Assembly (NCBI RefSeq): GCF_001194135.2
Contig: NC_068986.1
Span: 27,559,390 to 27,623,389 of the forward strand
Source of the DNA: Octopus bimaculoides
Taxonomy: Eukaryota
Direction of reading: 5' to 3'
DNA: 64,000 bases
Under the pieces are notes generated by a model. That model did not search any database. It was not told the origin of the DNA and saw only the letters and a list, made by a program, of their open reading frames with translations. Both the position numbers and the translations under genes were made by a program. Positions 28,012-38,663 of the stretch are shown piece after piece; the first letter of the stretch is position 1, and each line of letters opens with the position of its first letter.

Positions 28012-28245
28012 AAGTTTTAGTAGTATATATAGATAGATGTATGCATGCAAGCAAGCAAGCACGATGCAAGCAAATGATCAGAGTTTTAATAGTATATAGA
28101 TATAAGCACACACGCAAGCAAGCAAGCAAGCACAAAGTTTTAGTAGAATATATATATATATATATAGATAGATATAAATATAGATACAAGCATGCAAGCA
28201 AGCACATTGCAAGCAAGCAATCAGAGTTTAAGTAGTATATAGATT
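28012..28245. repeat. Composite minisatellite, ~4 units (agtttta...(TA/GA)n...(GCAA)n)
   Basis: Units start agtttta at ~28014, ~28082, ~28137 and ~28225, with (gcaa)n tracts between them. Confidence 0.7.
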
Positions 28246-28326
28246 TGTGTGTCTATTGACCTGCTTGGTAGCAGATGAGTTGATCTGTAGCAAGTAGATC
28301 TGTTGTCAGTTGAATGATTTGGTGTA

Positions 28327-28549
28327 CAGTAATCCCTCCCCATATCGTGGTCCACCTATCGCTGTTTATTATTTAAGCTTACATTGATTCCTCCATGGTG
28401 TTGTTTTGCATTTATGATAAAATAAATACATACAAATTATGGGGTAAAAAAAAGATACAGTACAGTACTGTTTTTACTTAGTGGATTTTCATCTATCGTG
28501 GGGTGGGTGGGTTTGGAACATAACCCCTGCAATAGTCAAGGGATTACTG
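28327..28549. mobile_element. pogo/Tigger-like MITE
   Basis: TIRs cagtaatccct / agggattactg flanked by TA on both sides (28325-26 and 28550-51). Confidence 0.8.
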
Positions 28550-28694
28550 TAGTTGATGATTCATTACTCTAAATTTATCATTGCTTTTTACTTATTTGGG
28601 GATTACACTACATTCTTTCACATGCTGTCATTCACTATATGCGGTGCAGTATGACAGTTAGGGCATGCAGCATTTTAAAATCTTACTACATTAT

Positions 28695-29005
28695 GTAACA
28701 GTGTGGTTAAGAAGCAACCATATGGTTTTGAGTTCAGACCCATTGTGTGGTGTCTTGGGCAGGGGTCTTCTACTATAGCCCAGGTCGGGTGATTTTGGTA
28801 AATGGAAACTGTGGAATCCCATCATATATAAATGATGTAAGTTTTGACACCATATTGACTGTAGTGGTAGTATACTGACTGAATTATTAGAGTGCTGGGT
28901 AGAATGATTCATGGTATTTATCTCAATTCTCTGTGCTGAGTTCAAATCCTACTGAGGTCAACTTCACTCTTTGTCCTCAATAAAAAAATGTACTAATTTA
29001 TGGGG
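28695..29005 (+). mobile_element. Family B head (28695-28830) followed by a decayed family D copy (28860-29005)
   Basis: gtgtggttaagaagc...ttgggcaggggtcttctactatagcc, then gctgagttcaaatcctactgaggtcaac. Confidence 0.6.
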
Positions 29006-30039
29006 ATAGGTTAGGAGAGCACTTAGAAGACTGGGCAAGATGCCTTACCATATCTGTTCTAGTTCTTTGTATTCTGACAACAATGTCTGTGATGCCTCTG
29101 ATACCAAGTAACGTTGGCCTAAGCCAGTGGCTTTTCCCTTGGTTAAATATCAACTATAAACTTGCATGTATGAGCAACTCCTTATCTTCTTCAAGAATGG
29201 AAAGAAAACTGCCCATCTCTGTACATATGTGTGTGGATGCGTGGTCAGCATTTACTGACTGAGACCTGAAACCTTTTGATTGTATTAGTGACACCATATT
29301 GAATGCAACAGCACCACCATACCGATTGCAGTATCGGCACTATATTGTATGCAATAACGAGACTACACTGACTGTAATGTGAAGGCCAGATTTATTAGGA
29401 CTAGAAATTTTAATATTTGCATATGAATTAAAGTACAACCTGCATGTACAGTTAATATGCATATATTAGCTCATTTCCACTACTGAAGAATGAAAGCCTG
29501 TAGCCAACTGGAATAAGTGCATAGAACTCAGTACCCACCATATAAAGAATATAAACCAACCCCGTACCTATTATTCATTCAACATATTCTGATATATTCA
29601 TGAGGAGTGAACAATAGGTATGTTTCTGTGTAATCTAATATGTGTGACTTGTCTGTAATATTGTTTTATAACAGGACATTTCCCAAATATATTTAGATCA
29701 GGTCTATGTAAACATATGTCACTATTTGAAGTGTATACAATGTGATTGATGAATGGACTTTGTAATGTCCAACTTTATGCTTTGATTGTTGTTGTCGTTG
29801 GTTGCTTTTTTTTATACTTATATTCCAACTCCAACATTAATATATAAAGGAGAAACATGATAATTTCATTTTGAAGAAAAAAAATGGCAGTTGTTTATGT
29901 AATATTCTAAATTTGATAAAAATGATTTACTCATTCCCTGTTCCTCAATAAAAACTCATTGTGTTGGAGAGCAAACATTCTAAAATATAACAGATATATA
30001 CAAGATATCTCCATAAAGAAACCAAACTTAAAAAAAAAA

Positions 30040-30190
30040 CCGGAAAAACCATTTATTGCTTTACTTACAATTTAATCAGACATATCTTCTTGATAGTAGT
30101 TCCTTTTACTGTTGATATAACTGTTCCCAATGTTCTTCCAGTCTTGGAATGCATTTCCAGGAATAGTGTACTGTCTTCATAGTAAATATT
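30040..30190 (-). pseudogene. Decayed mariner transposase C-terminal remnant
   Basis: The minus strand of 30083-30149 reads, with a frameshift, FQDWK(K)HWEQ..INSKRNYYQED, resembling the mariner C-terminal motif F..W..RW.KC....G.YFE. Adjacent AT-rich subterminal sequence. Confidence 0.5.
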
Positions 30191-30194
30191 CTGT

Positions 30195-30500
30195 AGGCGT
30201 AGGAGTGGCTGTGTGGTAAGTAGCTTGCTTACCAACCACATGGTTCTGGGTTCATTCCCACTGCGTGGCACCTTGGGCAAGTGTCTTCTACTATAACCTC
30301 GGGCCGACCAAAGCCTTGTGAGTGAATTTGGTAGATGGANNNNNNNNNNAGTGTCTTCTACTATAACCTCGGGCCGACCAAAGCCTTGTGAGTGAATTTG
30401 GTAGATGGAAACTGAAAGAAGCCCGTCGTATATATGTATATATATATATGTATATATATGTATGTGTGTGTATATGTTTGTGTCTGTGTTTGTCCCCCCT
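30195..30500 (+). mobile_element. Family B SINE head + microsatellite linker (young)
   Basis: ggcgtaggagtggctgtgtggtaag...gggttcattcccactgcgtggcaccttgggcaagtgtc, then (TA/TG)n. A ~60-bp duplication spans the 10-N gap. Confidence 0.85.
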
Positions 30501-30502
30501 TC

Positions 30503-30828
30503 CTGGCACTTGTGCCAGTGGCACTTAAAGAGACATTCGAGCGAGATCATTGCCAGTACCGCTCGACTGGCTCCTGTGCAGGTGGCACATAAAATACACC
30601 ATTTCGAGCGTGGCCGTTACCAGTACTTCCTGACTGGCCTTTGTGCCGGTGGCACGTAAAAACACCCACTACACTCTCGGAGTGGTTGGTGTTAGGAAGG
30701 GCATCCAGCTGTAGAAACTCTGCCAAATCAGATTGGAGCCTCGTGTAGCCATCTGGTTCACCAGTCCTCAGTCAAATTGTCCAACCCATGCTAGCATGGA
30801 AAGCGGACGTTAAACGATGATGATGATG
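30503..30828 (+). mobile_element. Family A1 element directly replacing or interrupting the B tail
   Basis: Three monomers (30511, 30575, 30642), A tail and (gat)n. Confidence 0.85.
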
Positions 30829-31046
30829 CTAACTGACTGTGACATGATTTTTATGTTGTTCTTCAAGTTCACCATCAGACATAGTGCAATTTTTGCAGGA
30901 ACATTATGCATCTTTAGTTTTTCTCTTAAAATCATGCGATACTTACTCGTTTTGGACTTACGGGCAATCAGGGAATGATTTAAAAAACAAGTTTTTATGG
31001 TATACAAGTAGTATACATTTGCAATACAATCATCATTTCTTGTCAT

Positions 31047-31427
31047 GGAAGACGTTTGTTTAGTAAGAAGTTTTGCTTTCCGACCACATGGTTCTGGGTT
31101 CAGTCCCATTGTGTGACACCTTGAGCAGGTGTCTTCTATTATAGCCATGGGCCAGCCGAAGCCTTGCAAGTGGGTTTGGTGGATGAAAACTGAAAAAGTC
31201 CTTCGTGTGTGTGTGTGTGTGTCTGTGTCCCCCGCCCCCATCACTGCTTGATGACTGGTGTTAGTTTTCTTACATCCCCTGTAACTTAGTGGTTTGGCAA
31301 ACAGACTGGTAGAATAAGTATCAGCAAAAGACAAGTACTGGAGTCGATTTATTTGACTAAACTCTTCAGAGTGGTGCCCTAACGTGACTGCAGCCTAATG
31401 ATGGAAACAAGTAAAAAATAAAAGAAA
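31047..31427 (+). mobile_element. Family B SINE, full length
   Basis: Head, (TG)n linker, and a B tail ending gaaacaagtaaaaaataaaag. Confidence 0.75.
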
Positions 31428-31619
31428 GTGCACTAAAATGTATTTTCACTGTAGCCCATAGAGATTGATGAAGAGATGTGGCATGAAACTGCCATTTTTA
31501 GACTGAAGATACTGATCACTCATACACATCACCATAGTTGCAAGCACACTGTATCAGCTGGTCGACATGCTGGTATAAAAATTTGGTTTCTTTTAGAGCA
31601 GATGTTTATAGAATAAAAT

Positions 31620-31860
31620 CCGTATCATTATCATTGCTTTAATGTCCAATTTTCTATGCTAGCATTGGTGAGTACAGAATTTGTTGAGACAGACTTCCTC
31701 TAGTTGGATGCCCTTCCTGTCACCAACACTCATATTAGTATTTCCCCATAGCCAAATTTGTCTGCATGAGTTAATTGGAAATGAATTGACATCACCTGAA
31801 TAAAGGTGCTACTTGTTTACAACCTTCATGTAATGTAAAGATCACACACACACACGTGCA
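31620..31860 (-). mobile_element. A2-type element, decayed
   Basis: gttggatgcccttcctgtcaccaac, then the A2 body and a (CA)n linker. Confidence 0.55.
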
Positions 31861-32025
31861 CATGAAAATTCCTTCCACCCTAACTTCGCAGCTAAATAAA
31901 TTGAAGTGAATAGATATTACACACCACCCATGCTAGCATTTTAACTCATTACTCAGTGACCGTTACCATGTGCTGAACTTACATGTCCTAAATAGGACTA
32001 AAGAAGTGCATATGAGCAATCATCA

Positions 32026-32290
32026 AACCCTTTCCTTTCTATATTTCTCTTGAAATTATTTCAGTTAATTTTTTTCAATTAATTTTTCAAATTATGAAGT
32101 GTTTGCTGTAAATTTAATAAAATTTATCAAGAATTTAGTGAAATAACTGTCATAATTAAACAGGTGTTTGAAGCATAAAATTTACATGAATTTTTGTAAG
32201 AAGGTTTTAATTTAGATTATTATTTTAACTAAGAAGTCTATGTCAAAGAACCAAGGGCTGTCTCAGGTGGGTTGGTATCAAAAGGGCGAA
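32026..32290. mobile_element. piggyBac-like MITE (family I)
   Basis: Body matches 13080-13274 and ends gggttggtatcaaaaggg. Confidence 0.6.
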
Positions 32291-32654
32291 ATAACTCTGG
32301 AAATAAGTTGTCGGCCTCTGGATCGACAGGTTCCTCAGCATTTTCCCTAAGTGGTACAATGCTGTACGTACCCCTTGGATAAGTCTCTGAACCATTACTT
32401 TGTTACTGTTTATATCATATTAAATCAGATACAGAAAAGAATGACTAGGTGGTAGTGGTATGCGTGGAGCCTACTGGAAACTGGCCTGTAATTCAGTGAA
32501 TTTTCACTGCCTAGTCTGAAGTCTCTGACATAAAAATACACAGTAGAATAAATGATATACTGTACCTACTTGTTCTATCTCTCTTTTCCTCTCTCCATAT
32601 ATATATATATATATAGACACATACATACATTCATATATATATGTGTGTGTGTAT

Positions 32655-32699
<45 letters not shown>

Positions 32700-33296
32700 T
32701 ACATACATATNNNNNNNNNNNNNNNNNNNNNNNNNNNNNNNNNNNNNNNNNNNNNNNNNNNNNNNNNNNNNNNNNNNNNNNNNNNNNNNNNNNNNNNNNN
32801 NNNNNNNNNNNNNNNNNNNNNNNNNNNNNNNNNNNNNNNNNNNNNNNNNNNNNNNNNNNNNNNNNNNNNNNNNNNNNNNNNNNNNNNNNNNNNNNNNNNN
32901 NNNNNNNNNNNNNNNNNNNNNNNNNNNNNNNNNNNNNNNNNNNNNNNNNNNNNNNNNNNNNNNNNNNNNNNNNNNNNNNNNNNNNNNNNNNNNNNNNNNN
33001 NNNNNNNNNNNNNNNNNNNNNNNNNNNNNNNNNNNNNNNNNNNNNNNNNNNNNNNNNNNNNNNNNNNNNNNNNNNNNNNNNNNNNNNNNNNNNNNNNNNN
33101 NNNNNNNNNNNNNNNNNNNNNNNNNNNNNNNNNNNNNNNNNNNNNNNNNNNNNNNNNNNNNNNNNNNNATATGTGTGTGGTCTTTGTCTTGTGTAGGTGT
33201 CTGCGGTGTTTGGTCCTTCTGTTTGTCTTTTGCGTGTGCGTGTGTGTATGTGATATTTGATGATTATGTATGCCGTGTTTGGTCCTTATGTTTATC

Positions 33297-33345
<49 letters not shown>

Positions 33346-33651
33346 GTATTTGTTGGAGCAATGGTTGATGTTTGTTCTTGGCGGTTTATCAAATACTTTA
33401 CTGATTGACTTTTTGAATAATGGAATAATATTGGTTAATGATTCCAGTCTGTTGCAGTTCAACATACTAGTTCAGTTATTTGTTTATTTTTACCTTCATT
33501 TTGATTTTGATTTTGATTTTTCTTTTTTGTCTTTTTTTTTTCTGTTTTCAATTTTTTTTTTTTTTCTGGACTCAATAATAGCTCTCATCCCCACTCCCAT
33601 CTTCTCACTCCATCTCAACTGTTTGCTTTACCTCTTCTGTCTTTGACATTA

Positions 33652-33692
<41 letters not shown>

Positions 33693-33955
33693 ACCTCTTT
33701 CTTTGTCCACATTCTTGTTTTCCATCTTTTTTTTTTCTGTTCTCTTTCTGTTTGGCTATCTATCTATCTGTATTTCTTTCTTTCTTTTCCTCTCTTTATC
33801 TCAATCATTCCTCCCCCCCCTCCCTCTTCTTTTGTCTGTTTGTCTTTCCCTAACCCTTTCTTTTTGATCTAGGCTTTCTTCTTTGTCATTCTTACTCACC
33901 CCCTTTATTTTCATTTCTCATGCTTTCCCTTTCATTAATTGCTCCCCCTCTCCCT

Positions 33956-33996
<41 letters not shown>

Positions 33997-34129
33997 TTAC
34001 TGATTCTTTCAATGTCTTTTCTCTCTCTTTCATTAATTGTCTCTCACTTTTATTTGTTCTCTCTCTCTCTCTCTCTCTTCACCCTCTCCAGGCTAACATC
34101 ATGATATGTGTGTTTTTCTCCATTCACCA

Positions 34130-34171
<42 letters not shown>

Positions 34172-35124
34172 GTCAATGTTTACTGTAAACACTTTATTGT
34201 TTACCTAAATGATGCAAAAGCTGGCCCGCCACTGGTGTTCTGAGGTCTTTTAATTATCTCCGCCACTCTGTTTGGTCTTTGATAAATGGCTATTGAGCTG
34301 ACTGTTTTATGCTGGAATAATCTAATATTTGACTGGCTTACAAAAACCAGCTCCAGGAACAAGACACCCTTGTTGCATCACAGTTTATGCTGGAACTGTT
34401 TACAGATTTCTGTTAGTTTAGTGCTTGTTTCAGTGTCGGATTTTTCAAGTTTTTTTTTTCTTCCATTTATTTCATCCTATTGAATTTTTATGTATTTGTA
34501 TGTTTGTGTTTGCTTTAATTTGCTATTTGTTTTTCCTGTGTCTGAATTTTTTTCTTTTTTTCTTCTTTTTTTTTCTTCTTTTAAATACGAATCTAATAAA
34601 ATTGAATCCAATTTGACTTTTTTATGTTTTTTTTTTCTTGTTTGCTTTTGTTAGTATTACAGTTGTGGGTATTAGTGTACTAGTTGTTTCCATTGATCAT
34701 TCACACCGTTAATTTGTATTTTATCTTATTATCACATGATTTTTATATGTGTGCGTGTGTGTCGGGGGTGTATGTATAATTTCAATATTGCTCTGTTCAG
34801 TTGCACCTATTGTTGTCTTTCACCTATTATTCTCTTTTCCAGACTGTCGCTTCCATTCTCTTGTTCTGTCCACCTGTCTTTCTCGCCATTCCCACCTTAC
34901 AATTCTATCGTCATGCACCAGCATAACCACACATGCATTCCAAATAGTACTGATACATGTTATTGTCTACATTCACGCACATATATATATCTTTTCCCTG
35001 AACTAATATGAATAATGCTGATCATAATGTTACTGCTTAGACCCAGGGTGGCCCTGAGTAAGCAGGCCTATGAACAAAAGCATTCCAACGATTTCCATTT
35101 CATCCTTTTTCTTCTAGTCATCAT

Positions 35125-35301
35125 TCATCATCATTTAGCAGCCATTTTCCATGCTGGCATGGGTTGGATGGCTTGACAAGAGCTGGCATGGTCAGAAGCT
35201 GCTGAAGGTTCTATAGTCGGTTTTAGCTTGGTTACTACAGCTGGATGCCCTTCCTAATGACAACCACTTAACAGAGTGTACTGAGTGCTTTTTATGTGGC
35301 A
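35125..35301 (-). mobile_element. Family A tail element (older subfamily)
   Basis: (cat)n end and ctggatgcccttcctaatgacaaccac. Confidence 0.75.
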
Positions 35302-35369
35302 CTATGACCAGGGCTTTTCATGTGCTCCTTATTCAGTGTAATTTTACATATTGTTTTTAGGACCCGAGT

Positions 35370-35757
35370 GGGATCACTGCCAGAGCAGTGGCTGCTCTTC
35401 TGTGCCGGTGGCACATAAAAAGCACCATTTGAGCGCGATCGTTTCCAGCTTCGCCTTACTGGCTCTTGTGCCGGTGGCATGTGAACAAAACATTGGACTG
35501 ACTCCTGTGCAGGTGGCATGTAAAAAAACACCATTTGAGTGTGGCCATTGCCAGTACTGCTGGACTGGCCCCCTGTGCCGGTGGCACGTAAAAAGCACCC
35601 ACTACACTCTTGGAGTGGTTGGCATTAGGAAGGGCGTCCAGCTGTAGAAACTCTGCCAGATCAGATTGGAGTCTGGTGTAGCCATCTGGTTCGCCAGTCC
35701 CCAGTCAAATTGTCCAACCCATGCCAGCATGGAAAGTGGACTTTAAATGATGATGAT
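35370..35757 (+). mobile_element. Family A1 element
   Basis: Monomers at 35401, 35467, 35506 and 35574, A tail and (gat)n. Confidence 0.85.
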
Positions 35758-35993
35758 TAGTCAGTACCTGACGTATCTTGAGACAAAAGCAAAATGCTTC
35801 TAGACCTCTGCTATCTGATTATGTTTACTACCCAATTAAAAGTTTTTGAAGGTCCAAACAGTTATAAACCATAACCAACCCATTACCTCTTCCCCTCTTT
35901 CAAGGCAGCCTTAGAAAGTTTATCTACACTATTGTTCTTCTTCAAGCCCTTTGTTATTGGAAGTAAATAGCTCTCTGTTGCATACATTGATAC

Positions 35994-36228
35994 TAGTGCT
36001 GGATTAACCACGAAGCAAAATAAACGTGCTTAAAGCATCAAGGAAAATGGTAAATGGTTTATGGCACAAAAGAAATCACTTTAAACTTGTTAAAATAATA
36101 TTCAAAGTAGTTTATATGACAGGAAGGATTTATTTTATGATTTATCATTGTCTATATTTTGAATTGCTTATATTGGAGCACCTAAACCTTTTAAGTGCTT
36201 GGAGCCTCTGTGGGTCCTAATCCAGCCA
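35994..36228. mobile_element. hAT-like MITE, decayed
   Basis: Imperfect inverted ends gtgctggattaacc / ggtcctaatccagcc, resembling CAGGGCCGGATTA-type hAT termini. Confidence 0.45.
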
Positions 36229-36556
36229 AGATTGATACACTCCATCTACAACACCACCACACCACTATTTAGAAATATAAACCTTAGTTAAATGATGATG
36301 ATGATCATGGTGATTGAACTTTATCTAAATTGGATCTGATGTTTTATAGGTTTTTTTTTAATATTCTTTCTCTTGGCAAGACCAATATCACTAGTGCCAG
36401 TGATATGGGAAAAGCATCCTGTACACTCTGTAAAGTGGTTGTCATTAAGAAGGGCATTCAATCAAAGAGACCATGCTAACAGTGGAACACTGGTTTCAAA
36501 TTTTGACACAAAACTGGCAATTTCAGAGGAAGTTCAAGCACAAGACTGGCAAGTTC

Positions 36557-36712
36557 AATTACATCAACCCCAGTGATTAACTGGTACTTATTTTATCAAC
36601 CCTGAAAGGATGAAAGGCAAAGTCGACCTTGGTGGAATTTGAACTCAGAACATAAAGATAGACAAAATGCTTAACTTTGTCTGACATACTAATGATTCTG
36701 CTGCTCACCGCC
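36557..36712 (-). mobile_element. Family D SINE
   Basis: ctggtacttattttatcaaccctgaaaggatgaaaggcaaagtcgacc...gaatttgaactcagaac...gattctgctgctcaccgcc. Confidence 0.8.
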
Positions 36713-37276
36713 TGGAACATTAAGGCAAGATTTGGTTCTCCAACCCATTGGATCCTGTCTAACTGCCCAACCCATGCCAGCATTGGAAGCAAATTGTAAA
36801 ATGACGACAACAATGGTGACAATAATGACTTTATAATGATATTGTCTTTCTCGTAGTTGTTGAAAGGCAGTTGCCACTTCCAAGGAGGAATATTCTAGTG
36901 AAATTTAAACAACAGACACAATAACATCTTGTAGTAACACATGAGTGGTGTTGCAAATTTATCTCCTGATCTTTCAAAGTGCTTGACTTTTTCCTGTTTC
37001 ACTCTGAAGGCAGTCCTGTACTTGAGATTTTTCTCATCTTAAGTTTGATACATATCTACAGATGGTTGTACTATGACAGCATCTTAAAGTTGTGTGTGTG
37101 CGTGTGCACATGCACGTGTGTGAGGGAGAGAGAGAGAGACAGAGAGTAAGAAAGAGAAGTATACCATTGTTTTTAACAGATGTTATGGTTATTTGGGATA
37201 TTTACCATTTGCTTGCAGTTTGAATTATTTGTATTAGCAACCACCTGTCTTATCTTGTGTGTATGAACATATGTCA

Positions 37277-37307
<31 letters not shown>

Positions 37308-37498
37308 CATGTATGTGTTTGTATGAATGTATCTATATGTTTATACACATGTAAGTGAATGTACATGTATGTGTGTGTGTCTGTGTGTGTGTCTGTGTGT
37401 GTAGATATATATGTACACACACACACATATATATACACACGTCACATATATTGGAGTTTCTTATATCTGTTAAAATGTCTAATTAATGAGCACTGTTG

Positions 37499-37606
37499 TT
37501 TATACCCTCCCTGATGAGATTGATACATTGATCTACATTATTCATCCTGTTGGATTTATTTTGAATGCATCCATCGAAACATATGTCGATGATATGAAGG
37601 TATAAA
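37499..37606 (+). ncRNA. Type I hammerhead ribozyme motif (core intact, helices partly decayed)
   Basis: CUGAUGA 37511-17; G10.1-C11.1 pair (37518/37575) closing a helix II with 11 of 14 positions paired; GAAAC 37576-80; AUAU loop; GUC 37585-87; distal helix I tttataccctc / gaaggtataaa (10/11). Confidence 0.6.
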
Positions 37607-37685
37607 TGATTTAATAACATCTTGAGTGTTTGTCTCCATTTTCAATTTTTCCTATATTTAAATGTATGTATCATATGCATTTGTA

Positions 37686-37800
37686 TCATCATTATCATTT
37701 AATGTTTGTTTTCCATGCTGGCATGAGTTGGACGGTTTGACTGAAAACAGGTAAGCTGGGGAGCTGCACCAGGTTCCAGTCTGGTTTGGCAAGGTTTCTA
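37686..37800 (-). mobile_element. Family A tail (older subfamily)
   Basis: atcatcattatcatttaatgtttgttttccatgctggcatgagttggacgg... Confidence 0.75.
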
Positions 37801-37852
37801 TGGCTTGTAGCTCTTGAACCTTTGCCAAATCAGATTGGAACCTGGTGCAGCT
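37762..37852. repeat. Fold-back inverted repeat (35/36-nt arms, 20-nt loop)
   Basis: 37762-37796 pairs with 37817-37852, with two G-U pairs and one bulge. Confidence 0.85.
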
Positions 37853-37918
37853 TATCAGTATGTGTGTATGTGTGTGTGTGAATGTACGTTAAAATGATGA
37901 TGATAAATATGTTATATA

Positions 37919-38088
37919 CTACACTCTCTGAGTGGTTGGCATTAGGAAGGGCGTCCAGCTGTAGAAACTCTGCCAAATTAGATTGGAGCCTGGTGTTGCC
38001 ATCCGGTTTCACCAGTCCTCAATCAAATCGTCCAACCCATGCTAGCATGGAAAGCGGACGTTAAACGATGATGATGATGATGATGATA
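37919..38088 (+). mobile_element. Family A tail, young
   Basis: ctacactctctgagtggttggcattaggaagggcgtcc...ggacgttaaac(gat)n. Confidence 0.85.
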
Positions 38089-38482
38089 TATTTAACTAAT
38101 TAACATGCTTTTCACACTTGCGTCTCTTTTCTCATTGTAGGTAAGTACATAATTTATGAAAAACCCTTCTTAAATGTTTCATCATTAAATTTTGGAATAT
38201 GCGGTAAGTTTTTAATTTTTACCTAATGCTGTTAAAGTTGTTCCTTAAATAAATGGGAAAAACAAGCCATGTTTTGGTTTAAAAAGCAATCAGGAAAAAA
38301 GGATCAGGGTTCAATACTTGTGACCTTTATAAGATCCTCCAGATGAGGGTGGTTGATACCCAGTACACTGCTAGAACATCCCAAGGTCAATGTCTGCAAG
38401 AAATATAAAATAAAAAAAAAAGAAAATGGGTGGGGAGCTTGGTATGAAACCAAAGATCTTGTTAAAATGTTTTCTATGATTA

Positions 38483-38663
38483 AGGCAGCAAGCTGTCAGA
38501 ATCCTTAACACCCCAGACAAAATGCTGTCTTAAAATCCTGCCATGGTCAACTTTGCCTTTCACCCTTTCGGGGTCGATAAAATAAATACCAGTTATTGGG
38601 GCTGATGCAATCAAGTATCTCCATCCTCTGAAATTGCTGGCCTTGTGCCAAAATTTGAAACCA
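38483..38663 (+). mobile_element. Family D SINE with internal deletion
   Basis: gcaagctgtcagaatc head, gcctttcaccctttcggggtcgataaaataaatacc core, and tail gctggccttgtgccaaaatttgaaacc. Confidence 0.7.

Noticed and set aside
35370-35600. A1 monomer arrays as a CRISPR-like repeat-spacer array
   Set aside because: The spacers are homologous to each other, the array is inside a eukaryotic retroposon, and there are no cas genes.
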